Part shown: positions 18,734-27,685 of the stretch, piece by piece
Layout: each line of letters opens with the position of its first letter
Position numbering within the stretch: position 1 is the first letter of the stretch
NCBI GenBank assembly: GCA_049298815.1
Contig: JBAQWH010000652.1
Coordinates: 1 to 58,831, forward strand
Origin: Thermoanaerobaculia bacterium
GTDB taxonomy: Bacteria; Acidobacteriota; Thermoanaerobaculia; Gp7-AA8
DNA length: 58,831 bases
Direction: 5' to 3'
Notes under the pieces: generated by a model
The model's input: only the letters and a program-made list of their open reading frames with translations
Told to the model about the DNA's origin: nothing
Database searches by the model: none
Position numbers and translations under genes: made by a program

Positions 18734-19609
18734 TCACGTTGCTCCAACCAAGCGGGCACGCAGATGCGCGTTGCGCCGTTCGAGCGATAGCACGGCAATG
18801 ATCAGAGCGAAAATCGCAGCTAGACCGAGCACGATCAGGATCGCCGCTCCCGTCGCCATCTGCATCAGCCGGACGGTTGTCCGATTTTGGAGTTCCGCCA
18901 CGAAGACGGCTGTCTTCAGCGTGTGGTAGGCGTTGATTGCGTCGATCAGTCTGGTGGGGTCTTCTTTTTCGGCAGCTTTGATAACTGCCCACAATCCATC
19001 GAGGAACTCATCCCGTTGTTCGTCGTCGAGAGGGGCGAGCCATCCCGTTAGGATGTCTTCATTCTCGCCTTGGAAATACTTCTTGAATTTCTCGGGGATC
19101 GTGGAAGCTACTGCTTCCTGAGCTGTCTTACTCTCCGACGTGGTGGCGATCGCGCGCTTTACTTGATCGTATGTGACCTCAGAGTCGTCCGAGAGATTGT
19201 TGAAGAAAAACACCCCTAGTGCTGCGGTGACGCTGAGAAGCACAATCATGATCCACGCTAGAAAGCGCGTCGCAGGGAAGAGGAACTTCTGTTCGAGGCG
19301 ACTCAGCGGATCGCTTACGACGGCCTCCGCAACGAGCGCTGGTGACGTCTGCTTGACTGGCTCGATCGGTTCGAGAGACGGTCTCGCGGCGACCGTGTGA
19401 CCGACGACTTGTTGTTCTGCCGAGGGTTCTACGGGAACGAAGAACGTACGCAGCTCCGCGACCTCGCCCGCAGGATGCCACTCCCCGGTGTTCGGATTAA
19501 GGATCGGGTACTCACGCCGGATCTTTCCGCTGCGGACCCACTGCGTCAGAACTTCCAGACTAGGTGCGGTGTACTTCTTACCTTTCACGTCGATGAGCCA
19601 AGCGTCCAT
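18734..19609 (-). CDS. GYF_2-like N-terminal domain membrane protein
   Basis: The start was moved to MDAWLIDVKGKKY, which follows an AGGGAGG RBS. W...GP..L..W...G.I-type GYF-like motif and two hydrophobic helices (FLAWIMIVLLSVTAALGVFFF, GAAILIVLGLAAIFALIIAVL). Confidence 0.65.
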   Translation of the reverse strand: MDAWLIDVKGKKYTAPSLEVLTQWVRSGKIRREYPILNPNTGEWHPAGEVAELRTFFVPVEPSAEQQVVGHTVAARPSLEPIEPVKQTSPALVAEAVVSDPLSRLEQKFLFPATRFLAWIMIVLLSVTAALGVFFFNNLSDDSEVTYDQVKRAIATTSESKTAQEAVASTIPEKFKKYFQGENEDILTGWLAPLDDEQRDEFLDGLWAVIKAAEKEDPTRLIDAINAYHTLKTAVFVAELQNRTTVRLMQMATGAAILIVLGLAAIFALIIAVLSLERRNAHLRARLVGAT

Positions 19610-19939
19610 CTGCCCTCCCTTGCTGATCCCCTCAGACGGCAAACGCGGCGGACCCAACCGACGCCCTTGAGGTGGTGCGCATCACCCTACAAGCGATCTT
19701 GGAAAGAGCTATGAGCAATGTCACTCGGCGGTGTTCGACTTAGCGCCCGAGGGTGACCGCTCGCTACCGCTGGAGCAGCTCCCACGGTCCCCCGCTCTGC
19801 GACTGCCCGGCGTTCCTCACTTCGCTCCAGACGGTGCTCATGCCATAGGGGGCCGTCGCGCATCTCGCGACGATCCCTTCGAGGTTCGAGGCGACGGTGG
19901 ATGCCGAACGGGAGCCGTGCGCGAAGGCAAACCTGCGGC

Positions 19940-21049
19940 TCATTCCTCGGGGAACTCTCTGATGAGGTGCCCGACAACGCCAACGAGGCCGTCTGCCTTG
20001 GGCAGCCACTCGTCGAGCCCGACAGCCGGGAAGCTGTCGCCCAGCTCAACGACACGGACGCCAAGCTGGTCGGCGACGAGATGGACGTATCGGTCGTGGA
20101 CCGTCCTAGCCCGATCCGAGCCGGTCAGCCATCCGAAGTTGAACATCATTCGCCCATCTGAGTAGACCGAGAGGAGCGACGCACTCCCGATAGCGGGCAC
20201 CTTCAGGTTGAATGATCCGGTCTTGGTCCCCGTGCCCCACGTCACCTCACATCCGAGTGCGCGGGCAGAGAGAAGAACTTCCTTGAGCGCCATTGCCCGG
20301 TCGTTCAGGACTGACGACGCGTGATCGAAGAACATCTCCTCGTCCCACTTCTGCCGAGCGCCAGACTTCGCAGTCGCGGCGGCACGCTTGGCGATTCGAG
20401 CTTGCTCGGTGAATCCGAACAGGGTCGGCACGACGATCCGCTCTTCGCCATAACGGTACTGCCGGGCCTCCACGAGTAATACCTCGGAGAGACTCATCTG
20501 CTTGTTCAGGAACTCGACGACGCTCTGCAACTCGAACGAGGACTCCTCCAAGAAGAAGACCACTCTGATCTCGCCCTTGATGAGGTTCGCCTCTACCTGC
20601 TCGAAGAACAGTTCAGGAGTGAGTCCGCTAGTTGGTCGGAGACGCGCAAGCACGTCGTCGAGGGTGGTTCCCTTCGACGCCGCCGTAGCCTCAGCGCACG
20701 ACCTGAGATCGTCTCGTGTCCAGTAGCGGTAGCCGTTGGCGGCGTAGTCCAACATCTGCCCCACGACCTTCCGGCGAGCGTCGGTGTCAGCGCTGCGCTT
20801 GCACTCAACAAAGGTGGGTGTGGCGTCTTGATCGACGAAGAAGAAATCGACGCTCCACCTGTCGAGCACCGGCATCTCCCTCTTGATGAGCAGCCAGCGA
20901 CAGGGATCGTCCGGGTTGATCTGGTCGCCGGGCAAGAGGTCGTAGTTCCGGTCGAGGAGATCCTGAAGCTCGACCGTCTCATTCCTGCACTGAATCCTGT
21001 CCAGCGGGACTGATGACCCGTCCTTCTTGAGGCGGTAGACGTTGGCCAC
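19940..21049 (-). CDS. PD-(D/E)xK nuclease-fold protein (NucS/Shedu-like core) with a large C-terminal region
   Basis: VDFFFVDQD...TFVECKRSADTDARRKVVGQMLDY fits the D-x(n)-E-x-K plus Q..Y pattern. Confidence 0.7.
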   Translation of the reverse strand: MANVYRLKKDGSSVPLDRIQCRNETVELQDLLDRNYDLLPGDQINPDDPCRWLLIKREMPVLDRWSVDFFFVDQDATPTFVECKRSADTDARRKVVGQMLDYAANGYRYWTRDDLRSCAEATAASKGTTLDDVLARLRPTSGLTPELFFEQVEANLIKGEIRVVFFLEESSFELQSVVEFLNKQMSLSEVLLVEARQYRYGEERIVVPTLFGFTEQARIAKRAAATAKSGARQKWDEEMFFDHASSVLNDRAMALKEVLLSARALGCEVTWGTGTKTGSFNLKVPAIGSASLLSVYSDGRMMFNFGWLTGSDRARTVHDRYVHLVADQLGVRVVELGDSFPAVGLDEWLPKADGLVGVVGHLIREFPEE

Positions 21050-21089
21050 AGCTTGTTCCTCCTCGAATTCGGGCAGACAGCCGGGGCTG

Positions 21090-21275
21090 TTAGCTCAGTT
21101 TGCAGTCAGGATTTCGGGCGAGGTGCTCGAAGTGCGCGGCCTGATCGGTCGTACCCTTCTTGTGAGCCCGCACCGGCTGCCCGCAACCGACACACCTGTA
21201 CTGAGTTGTCAACCCCGCCTCGCGCACGGCGAGCGCGTCTTCGATGTCGATGATCGCAGTCGTAGCTTTCGGCAT
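21090..21275 (-). CDS. small zinc-ribbon protein
   Basis: 61-aa ORF with CVGCGQP...HFEH...C. Confidence 0.45.
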   Translation of the reverse strand: MPKATTAIIDIEDALAVREAGLTTQYRCVGCGQPVRAHKKGTTDQAAHFEHLARNPDCKLS

Positions 21276-21357
21276 TCCCTACTCCTCGGAGACGTCGTCC
21301 TCGATTTCTTGATTACCTGCCCGCCGGTTCCATGAAGGAGGGCTCGTCCACGGCGAC

Positions 21358-21738
21358 CTATCTAACGCGAGCGCCTCGTTCTTCGAGTAGGGCACGAAGA
21401 ATGCGGCGATGGCAGCGTTCTTCATCATCGCAGTAGCAGCCGACAGAGAAGTTCGCCGAAAGAGACAGGACTGCGAGGGCGTCAAGCAACCGTCGCGCGT
21501 CCGGGCGCTGCATCTCAGCGCGGTATCGACGCTCGAACACTCCATCAGCCTGACGGCCTGACCTCGCAGCGGCGAGGAGCTTTTCGCTCGGGGCGAGGAG
21601 CGGCAGCCAAGCGTCGAAGTAGTTCTCCTCAGCGTAGCGGTCGCGCGCGACACCACGCGGTGGTCTTCGGACGGTTCCCAGCCGTGGACCTTCTCCTCGA
21701 CGCCGCGTTGTTCCGAGTTTGACGATCCTGACGGTCAT
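21358..21738 (-). CDS. DUF488-family protein
   Basis: RRPPRG...W...LAPS..L and the C-terminal CYCDDEERCHRRIL motif are characteristic of DUF488. Confidence 0.7.
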   Translation of the reverse strand: MTVRIVKLGTTRRRGEGPRLGTVRRPPRGVARDRYAEENYFDAWLPLLAPSEKLLAAARSGRQADGVFERRYRAEMQRPDARRLLDALAVLSLSANFSVGCYCDDEERCHRRILRALLEERGARVR

Positions 21739-21848
21739 CTTCTCCCCCTTCCATGATGCGTTCTGAGGTGCGGGAGGCTCGCCGACTGGACGATCACCTC
21801 ACCGTCACTGTCAACGTCGAGGACGGTGATCTCATCGGTCCGTTGCTG

Positions 21849-22163
21849 TCAACGGTACGAGATGGCGATGCTCTCGATGCTGTCGCCGAAGTGCCGATTC
21901 AGATACCCGATGAAGGCTTGCAGCAGTTGCCACTCGGACTCAGGTTTCTTGGTCTTCACCTCGGCCACGATGACGCCTCCGAGCGTCTGCTCCCAGTTGA
22001 TCCAACCGGGATACCGGGCGTGGGTCCAGCGGCCTTCCTTCGCGCGACGTAGCGTCGTGCCCTTCCCGCGTAGTTCACGCTCCTTGGTCTTCAGCATCGA
22101 CTTGAGCGAACCGGCAGCAGCCGGGGAAGGCGTCACTTGCACGATCTTCACGGAGTCCTCCAT
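21849..22163 (-). CDS. hypothetical protein, 104 aa
   Basis: ORF co-directional with its neighbours. No recognisable motif. Confidence 0.45.
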   Translation of the reverse strand: MEDSVKIVQVTPSPAAAGSLKSMLKTKERELRGKGTTLRRAKEGRWTHARYPGWINWEQTLGGVIVAEVKTKKPESEWQLLQAFIGYLNRHFGDSIESIAISYR

Positions 22164-22282
22164 CAGTGGGTTGCGACGGACTCAAGTATACGGCGACCAA
22201 CTCTCTCTATTCCGGCTAACCGTGCACCATCGTTCTGATCAAACGCGAAGGATCGGATCTGCGCTGGGTAACCTGCCTCTCG

Positions 22283-22708
22283 CTATTTGGTCGTGAGCCC
22301 GCGCTTCAGCACCTCGACATAAGTCACCTCCGACAACAGCTCCCTGAAGCCTCGCATGCCGAGCATCTTCCGCACTTGCGTGCGCAGCCGCTTGCATTCC
22401 CGGTACGTCGCTGCGAGGTTGGCACGGTCGAGCGTCGGTACGAGTCGGGCGAAGTGCTCAACGTCGATAGCGTAGTGGGCCAGCGCCGAGTCGTTCGCAA
22501 CTGCGCGCACTGCGTGTTCGATCGTCGGTCCGTCGAACGCCGCGCCGTACGTCATGACGAACCTCATCTTCCGGTTGTCTTCCCTGCGCAGCGTGACTTC
22601 CCAGTGCGTCATTCCCTCAACCGTCGCGCCTGTCCATAACGGGTTCGTCGCCACAGGCTTCGACTCGATCGTGATGCCCCACTTGGTGGCAAAGTCGGCC
22701 CCTGTCAT
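22283..22708 (-). CDS. hypothetical protein, 141 aa
   Basis: The ORF starts 11 nt after the mrr stop. No recognisable motif. Confidence 0.55.
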   Translation of the reverse strand: MTGADFATKWGITIESKPVATNPLWTGATVEGMTHWEVTLRREDNRKMRFVMTYGAAFDGPTIEHAVRAVANDSALAHYAIDVEHFARLVPTLDRANLAATYRECKRLRTQVRKMLGMRGFRELLSEVTYVEVLKRGLTTK

Positions 22709-22719
22709 CTGACGCCCGC

Positions 22720-23634
22720 CTACTCCTCGAAGAAGTCGCTGTCGATCTTCTTGATCACGTAGGTCGCTTCCACCGAGACGCCCACACCGAAGTCGATCAT
22801 CAGTTCGGCGAGACGACGGCCGTCGATCAGCACGATCCTGTTCTCGACCCGGTTCGCGTACCCGACCGCGTCATTCGTGAACGCCGAGGTCGTGATGAAG
22901 ACCCCCTTCCGCGCGCGTTGCCCGTGGAGCGCGCCGACGAACTTCTGAATCTCCGGTCGTCCGACACTTCCCTCCCAGCGCTTGGCTTGGATGTAGATCG
23001 CGTCAAGTCCCAGCCGGTCCTCGTCGATGATCCCGTCGATCCCTCCGTCGCCACCCCGACCGATCGCGCGGCCAGCGTCGGCTCGCGAGCCTCCATAGCC
23101 CATAGCCAGCAAGAGGGTCACCACGAGCTTCTCAAAGAACTCCGGCGTGGCGCTTTTCACCTTTGCCAAAAGGTCTGCCGCTAGCGCGCCTCGCAGCTTT
23201 GAGTAGGCGTTCTCCAGCGTCTCCTCGGGCGTCGCCAGCTCCGACGTTTCCGTCTCGTCGGCCTGCACCGCACCGGCGGCTTCGCGACGGCGGGAGTATC
23301 TGAACTCGACGAACTGCGGGAAGCGTTCGAGGTACTTGATGTCGATGCGGTGCGGCGGGTCTTTCAGCACCTCGACGCCTTGCGATGAGATGACGAAGTG
23401 GCCACGCTTCGGCGATGTAAGAAGCCCAGCCTGAGCGAGGTAGACCTTCGCCCACGCCGCACGGTTCGCGAACACGGCCTGGCGGCCGCTGGGCAGCAGC
23501 GACGCAAGCTCCTCGGGGGTCAGGTTGAACTCCTTCGCCAGAACCTCACGCGCCTCGGCCAACGAGTGATCTTTCCCGTCGGCTGCGAAACGGAGCATCG
23601 GGAGAAGGAGCGACTGAAAGTCGGGGACGGGCAT
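22720..23634 (-). CDS. mrr: Mrr-family type IV restriction endonuclease
   Basis: Mrr_N-like wHTH N-terminus (PDFQSLLLPMLRF...) and a catalytic core GGDGGIDGIIDEDRLGLDAIYIQAKRW. Confidence 0.9.
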   Translation of the reverse strand: MPVPDFQSLLLPMLRFAADGKDHSLAEAREVLAKEFNLTPEELASLLPSGRQAVFANRAAWAKVYLAQAGLLTSPKRGHFVISSQGVEVLKDPPHRIDIKYLERFPQFVEFRYSRRREAAGAVQADETETSELATPEETLENAYSKLRGALAADLLAKVKSATPEFFEKLVVTLLLAMGYGGSRADAGRAIGRGGDGGIDGIIDEDRLGLDAIYIQAKRWEGSVGRPEIQKFVGALHGQRARKGVFITTSAFTNDAVGYANRVENRIVLIDGRRLAELMIDFGVGVSVEATYVIKKIDSDFFEE

Positions 23635-23806
23635 CGGAATCCTCGTGCTGACGACTACTCGAAGGGCGCGAGCGCTCGGTGATGGACGACTCTTCGTATT
23701 CTGCCATCAAGCTGTCAGAATCCGCCGAGTTCAGATCGGTCTTCGGTGCGACGTCGCGGTTCGACGTGCAGCCGTTCGAAGGCGATGGCCGACGCTCAGG
23801 AGAGAC

Positions 23807-26611
23807 ATGGACCCGTCACAGCTCAAGTGGATCGCCAACTTCATCTGGGGGATCGCGGACGACGTTCTCCGCGACCTCTACGTGCGAGGGAAGTACCGCG
23901 ATGTCATCCTGCCGATGATCGTCCTCCGGCGCCTCGATGCGGTGCTGGAGCCGACGAAGAGGCCCGTGCTCGACATGAAGGCGTCGCTCGATGCGGCGGG
24001 GATCACGAATCAGGATCAGGCGCTGCGAACCGCCGCCGGGCAGGCGTTCTACAACGTCTCGAAGTTCACGTTGCGCGATCTGAAGTCGCGCGCCAGCCAG
24101 CAACAACTCAAGGCCGACTTCGAAGCGTACCTCGACGGCTTCTCACCGAACGTTCAGGAGATCCTCGACAACTTCGAGTTCCGCAACCAGATCCCGAGGC
24201 TTTCGAAGGCTGATGCGATCGGGACACTCATCGAGAAGTTCACGTCGTCTGAGATCAACCTGAGTCCCTCGCCCGTCTTCAGCGGCGACGGCAGCGTAAA
24301 GCACCCCGGCCTCGACAACCACGCGATGGGAACGATCTTCGAGGAGCTGGTGCTGCGCTTCAACGAAGAGAACAACGAGGAGGCAGGAGAGCACTGGACA
24401 CCGCGCGACGCCGTCCGGCTCATGGCGAACCTGATCTTCCTGCCGATCGCCGACCAGATCGAGTCCGGAACGTACCTGCTGTACGACGGCGCGTGCGGAA
24501 CCGGCGGCATGTTGACGGTCGCCGAGCAGACGCTACAGAAGCTGGCGGCTGATCGAGGAAAGCAGGTCGCGACGCATCTCTACGGACAGGAGATCAACGC
24601 GGAGACCTATGCCATCGCGAAGGCCGACCTGCTGCTGATGGGCGACGGCGAAGCCGCTGACAACCTCGTCGGAGGTCCCGAGCACTCGACCCTCGCGAAC
24701 GACGCATTCCCCTCACGCGAGTTCGACTTCATGCTTTCAAATCCGCCATACGGCAAGAGCTGCAAATCCGATCTCGAAAGAATGGGCGGCAAGGGCGGGA
24801 TCAAAGATCCGCGCTTCGTCATCTCTCATGCGGGCGATCCCGAGTATTCGCTCATCACGCGGTCCAGCGACGGGCAGATGCTGTTCCTCGCCAACATGCT
24901 GTCGAAGATGAAGCACGGAACGAAGCTCGGCAGCCGCATCGCCGAGGTTCACAACGGATCGTCACTCTTCACCGGCGACGCCGGACAGGGTGAGAGCAAC
25001 GTCCGACGCTGGATCATCGAGAACGACTGGCTCGAAGCGATCGTCGCACTGCCGCTGAACATGTTCTACAACACGGGAATCGCGACGTACGTGTGGGTGC
25101 TGACGAACCGAAAACCCGAGCATCGTCGGGGCAAGGTGCAGCTCATCGACGCGACCGGCTGGTACAAGCCACTTCGGAAGAACCTCGGCAAGAAGAACTG
25201 CGAGTTGTCGGACGACGACGTCCGGAAGATCGGCGACACGTTCCTCGCGTTCGAGGAGACCGAGCAGTCGAAGATCTTCGCGAACGAGGAGTTCGGGTAC
25301 TGGAAGCTCACGGTCGAGCGCCCGCTGCGCATCAAGGGCATCGACCCGAATCGCGCCTACACGGCGAAGGAGATCAAGGCGCTGAAGGAGACCGGCGAAC
25401 GCGACGAAGCGGCGCCGCCGGTCATCCGGAAGATCTACAAGCCGGGCAAGGTCGACTCAGACAGGTTACGCGGCCTCGCCGAGACCACCATCGACGGGAA
25501 GACTGTAATCGTTGAGTATGAGCCCGACCCTGATCTTCGGGATACCGAGCAGATTCCGCGACTTGAGCCGGGCGGCCTCGCTGCTTTCATTGAGCGAGAG
25601 GTTTGGCCGCATGTGCCGGACGCGTGGATTGACTACTCAAGCCTTCGTACTGGTTATGAGATCAACGTCAATCGTTACTTCTTCCACGATCAGCCCGCCC
25701 GCTCGCTCGACTCCATACGAGCGCAGATTGTGACGGTACAGAACAAGGCTTCCGACGTTATGTCGGAGCTGCTTGGCGTTCATATCGACCGAAGTTCCGT
25801 CATCAATGTTCCAGCCGGGCTGATGGCGAAGGTGCAGCCATACGCGACGTACAAAGACTCTGGTCTTTCATGGCTGCCACTGATACCCGAGTCGTGGTCG
25901 GTTGTGCGGAACGGTCGTCTGTTTGCTCAACGGAACGAAACCGGTTTTGCCGAGTTGCCGATCCTTGAAGTCTCTCTTCACACCGGTGTCCGCATTAGGA
26001 CTTTCGATGTTGCTTCGCGAAAGCAGGTTATGTCGGATCGCTCTGCGTACAAGAGAGCACGTTGCGGTGACTTGGCGTACAACATGATGCGGATGTGGCA
26101 GGGCGCCGTGGGCACGGCGCCTGTCGACGGCCTTGTTAGTCCGGCGTATGTTGTCGCGAGACCGTTCGCAGGAACGCACGTCAGGTATTTCGCGCACCTC
26201 TACCGCACCGCGATGTACATGCGGGAAGTCGAGGCGTACTCTCGCGGCATTGTTGCAGACCGAAACCGCTTGTATTGGACTGCGTTCAAGCAGATGACCG
26301 CACCGTGCCCGCCTGCTCATGAACAGGAAGCTATCGTTCGGTTCTTAGCACATGCTGATCGCCTGATAGTAGAGCTGCTCGGCAGCTACGGGCACCTCGC
26401 TGGAGTGGCTCGCTCAGTGGCCGAACGTGAGGCGTCGCTACTCCACGATTTTCGACGTCGGTTGTTTTCGGACGTCATCACCGGCACGCTCGACGTACGT
26501 GACGCTGCCGCGTCGCTGCCTGAAGTGGCGGAGATCTTCATGCCCTCTGGCGAGACGCTCGATGAAGAGTCCGAGGCTGCCGAAGCCGCTGAGGAGGAAG
26601 CGCTCGCGTGA
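23807..26611 (+). CDS. hsdM: type I R-M methyltransferase HsdM fused in frame to a single-TRD (half-size) HsdS
   Basis: HsdM N-terminus MDPSQLKWIANFIWGIADDVLR, motif I YDGACGTGGML and motif IV LSNPPYGKS. From about 25.75 kb there is an HsdS-like TRD (LPLIPESWSVVRNGRLF...LVSPAYVV) plus one conserved helical region. No stop separates the two parts. Confidence 0.85.
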   Translation: MDPSQLKWIANFIWGIADDVLRDLYVRGKYRDVILPMIVLRRLDAVLEPTKRPVLDMKASLDAAGITNQDQALRTAAGQAFYNVSKFTLRDLKSRASQQQLKADFEAYLDGFSPNVQEILDNFEFRNQIPRLSKADAIGTLIEKFTSSEINLSPSPVFSGDGSVKHPGLDNHAMGTIFEELVLRFNEENNEEAGEHWTPRDAVRLMANLIFLPIADQIESGTYLLYDGACGTGGMLTVAEQTLQKLAADRGKQVATHLYGQEINAETYAIAKADLLLMGDGEAADNLVGGPEHSTLANDAFPSREFDFMLSNPPYGKSCKSDLERMGGKGGIKDPRFVISHAGDPEYSLITRSSDGQMLFLANMLSKMKHGTKLGSRIAEVHNGSSLFTGDAGQGESNVRRWIIENDWLEAIVALPLNMFYNTGIATYVWVLTNRKPEHRRGKVQLIDATGWYKPLRKNLGKKNCELSDDDVRKIGDTFLAFEETEQSKIFANEEFGYWKLTVERPLRIKGIDPNRAYTAKEIKALKETGERDEAAPPVIRKIYKPGKVDSDRLRGLAETTIDGKTVIVEYEPDPDLRDTEQIPRLEPGGLAAFIEREVWPHVPDAWIDYSSLRTGYEINVNRYFFHDQPARSLDSIRAQIVTVQNKASDVMSELLGVHIDRSSVINVPAGLMAKVQPYATYKDSGLSWLPLIPESWSVVRNGRLFAQRNETGFAELPILEVSLHTGVRIRTFDVASRKQVMSDRSAYKRARCGDLAYNMMRMWQGAVGTAPVDGLVSPAYVVARPFAGTHVRYFAHLYRTAMYMREVEAYSRGIVADRNRLYWTAFKQMTAPCPPAHEQEAIVRFLAHADRLIVELLGSYGHLAGVARSVAEREASLLHDFRRRLFSDVITGTLDVRDAAASLPEVAEIFMPSGETLDEESEAAEAAEEEALA

Positions 26612-27264
26612 GGGTGACTCATCTTCCCGAATCGGGTACGATCATTCCCGAAATGGGAACAACACGGGCAGCGCAGCAGGCGAGCGCCGTCGCATCAGCG
26701 CTGTTCACGCCCGTCCAGCAGCGGGTCCTTGCACTACTCTTCGGTCAACCTGACCGACGCTTCCAGAGCGCTGAGCTGATCCGGCTCGCTCGCGGCGGAA
26801 CAGGTGCGGTTCACCGGCAGCTTCAACGACTCGCGAACGCGGGGCTCGTCACTGTCTCGCAGGACGGCAATCAGAAGTATTACGCGGCGCGGAAAGACTC
26901 GCCGGTTTTCGCCGAGTTGCACGGCCTTGTCGTGAAGACAGTCGGAGTCGTCGAGCCGCTACGTGCTGCGCTGCGGCCGATCGGGAAGAAGATCTCAGCC
27001 GCGTTCGTCTACGGCTCAATCGCCAAAGGGAACGAGCGGCCGGAGAGTGACCTCGATCTTCTGATCATCAGCGAGAAGCTCACCTACCCGGAAGCCTACG
27101 AGGCTTTGCAGGACGCGGAGCAGGAGATCGCGAGAACGGTCAACCCGACCGTGATGACGCCATCGGAATGGAAGCGGAAGCGGACTGCCTCCGACTCGTT
27201 CGCGAAGCGCATCGCCTCACAACCGAAACTCTTCGTGATCGGAGACGAGCGTGCCCTCGGCTGA
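26608..27264 (+). CDS. winged-helix plus minimal nucleotidyltransferase (MNT-like) protein
   Basis: FVYGSIAKGNERPESDLDLLIIS NTase motif. The GTG start overlaps the hsdM-S stop (GTGA). Confidence 0.8.
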   Translation: MRVTHLPESGTIIPEMGTTRAAQQASAVASALFTPVQQRVLALLFGQPDRRFQSAELIRLARGGTGAVHRQLQRLANAGLVTVSQDGNQKYYAARKDSPVFAELHGLVVKTVGVVEPLRAALRPIGKKISAAFVYGSIAKGNERPESDLDLLIISEKLTYPEAYEALQDAEQEIARTVNPTVMTPSEWKRKRTASDSFAKRIASQPKLFVIGDERALG

Positions 27265-27685
27265 ACTCGACCGGCTCGTTTCGATCAACCTGCTTTCTCA
27301 CGAGGCGCCGATTCGCGCCGAGTTCGAGGGTCTTCTCGAAGACGCTGCCGCGACGCTGACCGATTCTCAGAACGGAACGCTTTCACCGGAGAGCCGGTTC
27401 CGTCTCGCGTACGGCGCGGTCCATTCGATCGCCCTCGCAGCCCTCCGGTGGCATGGCTACCGACCCCGTAACAACCGACAGGTCGTCTTCCAAGCACTCG
27501 CCCACACGTTGCAGGTTCCCGCGCCGGTCTGGCGAATGCTCGCCCGCAGCCACGAGCAGCGCAACCGGCGCGAGTACGAGGGTCGCGGCGAGATCGACGA
27601 GCGACTGCTCGCCGACGTGATCGCCGCCGGGACCGACCTCCTCGCGCAAATCCGCCAACTTCCTTTACCCGAGGAGCCGGAGTGA
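27251..27685 (+). CDS. HEPN-like helical protein (partner of the MNT-like gene)
   Basis: Homolog of 10645-11055 (RFRLAYGAVHSIALAALRWHGYR...SHEQRNRREYEG). Overlaps the upstream gene by 14 nt. Confidence 0.7.
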   Translation: MPSAELDRLVSINLLSHEAPIRAEFEGLLEDAAATLTDSQNGTLSPESRFRLAYGAVHSIALAALRWHGYRPRNNRQVVFQALAHTLQVPAPVWRMLARSHEQRNRREYEGRGEIDERLLADVIAAGTDLLAQIRQLPLPEEPE

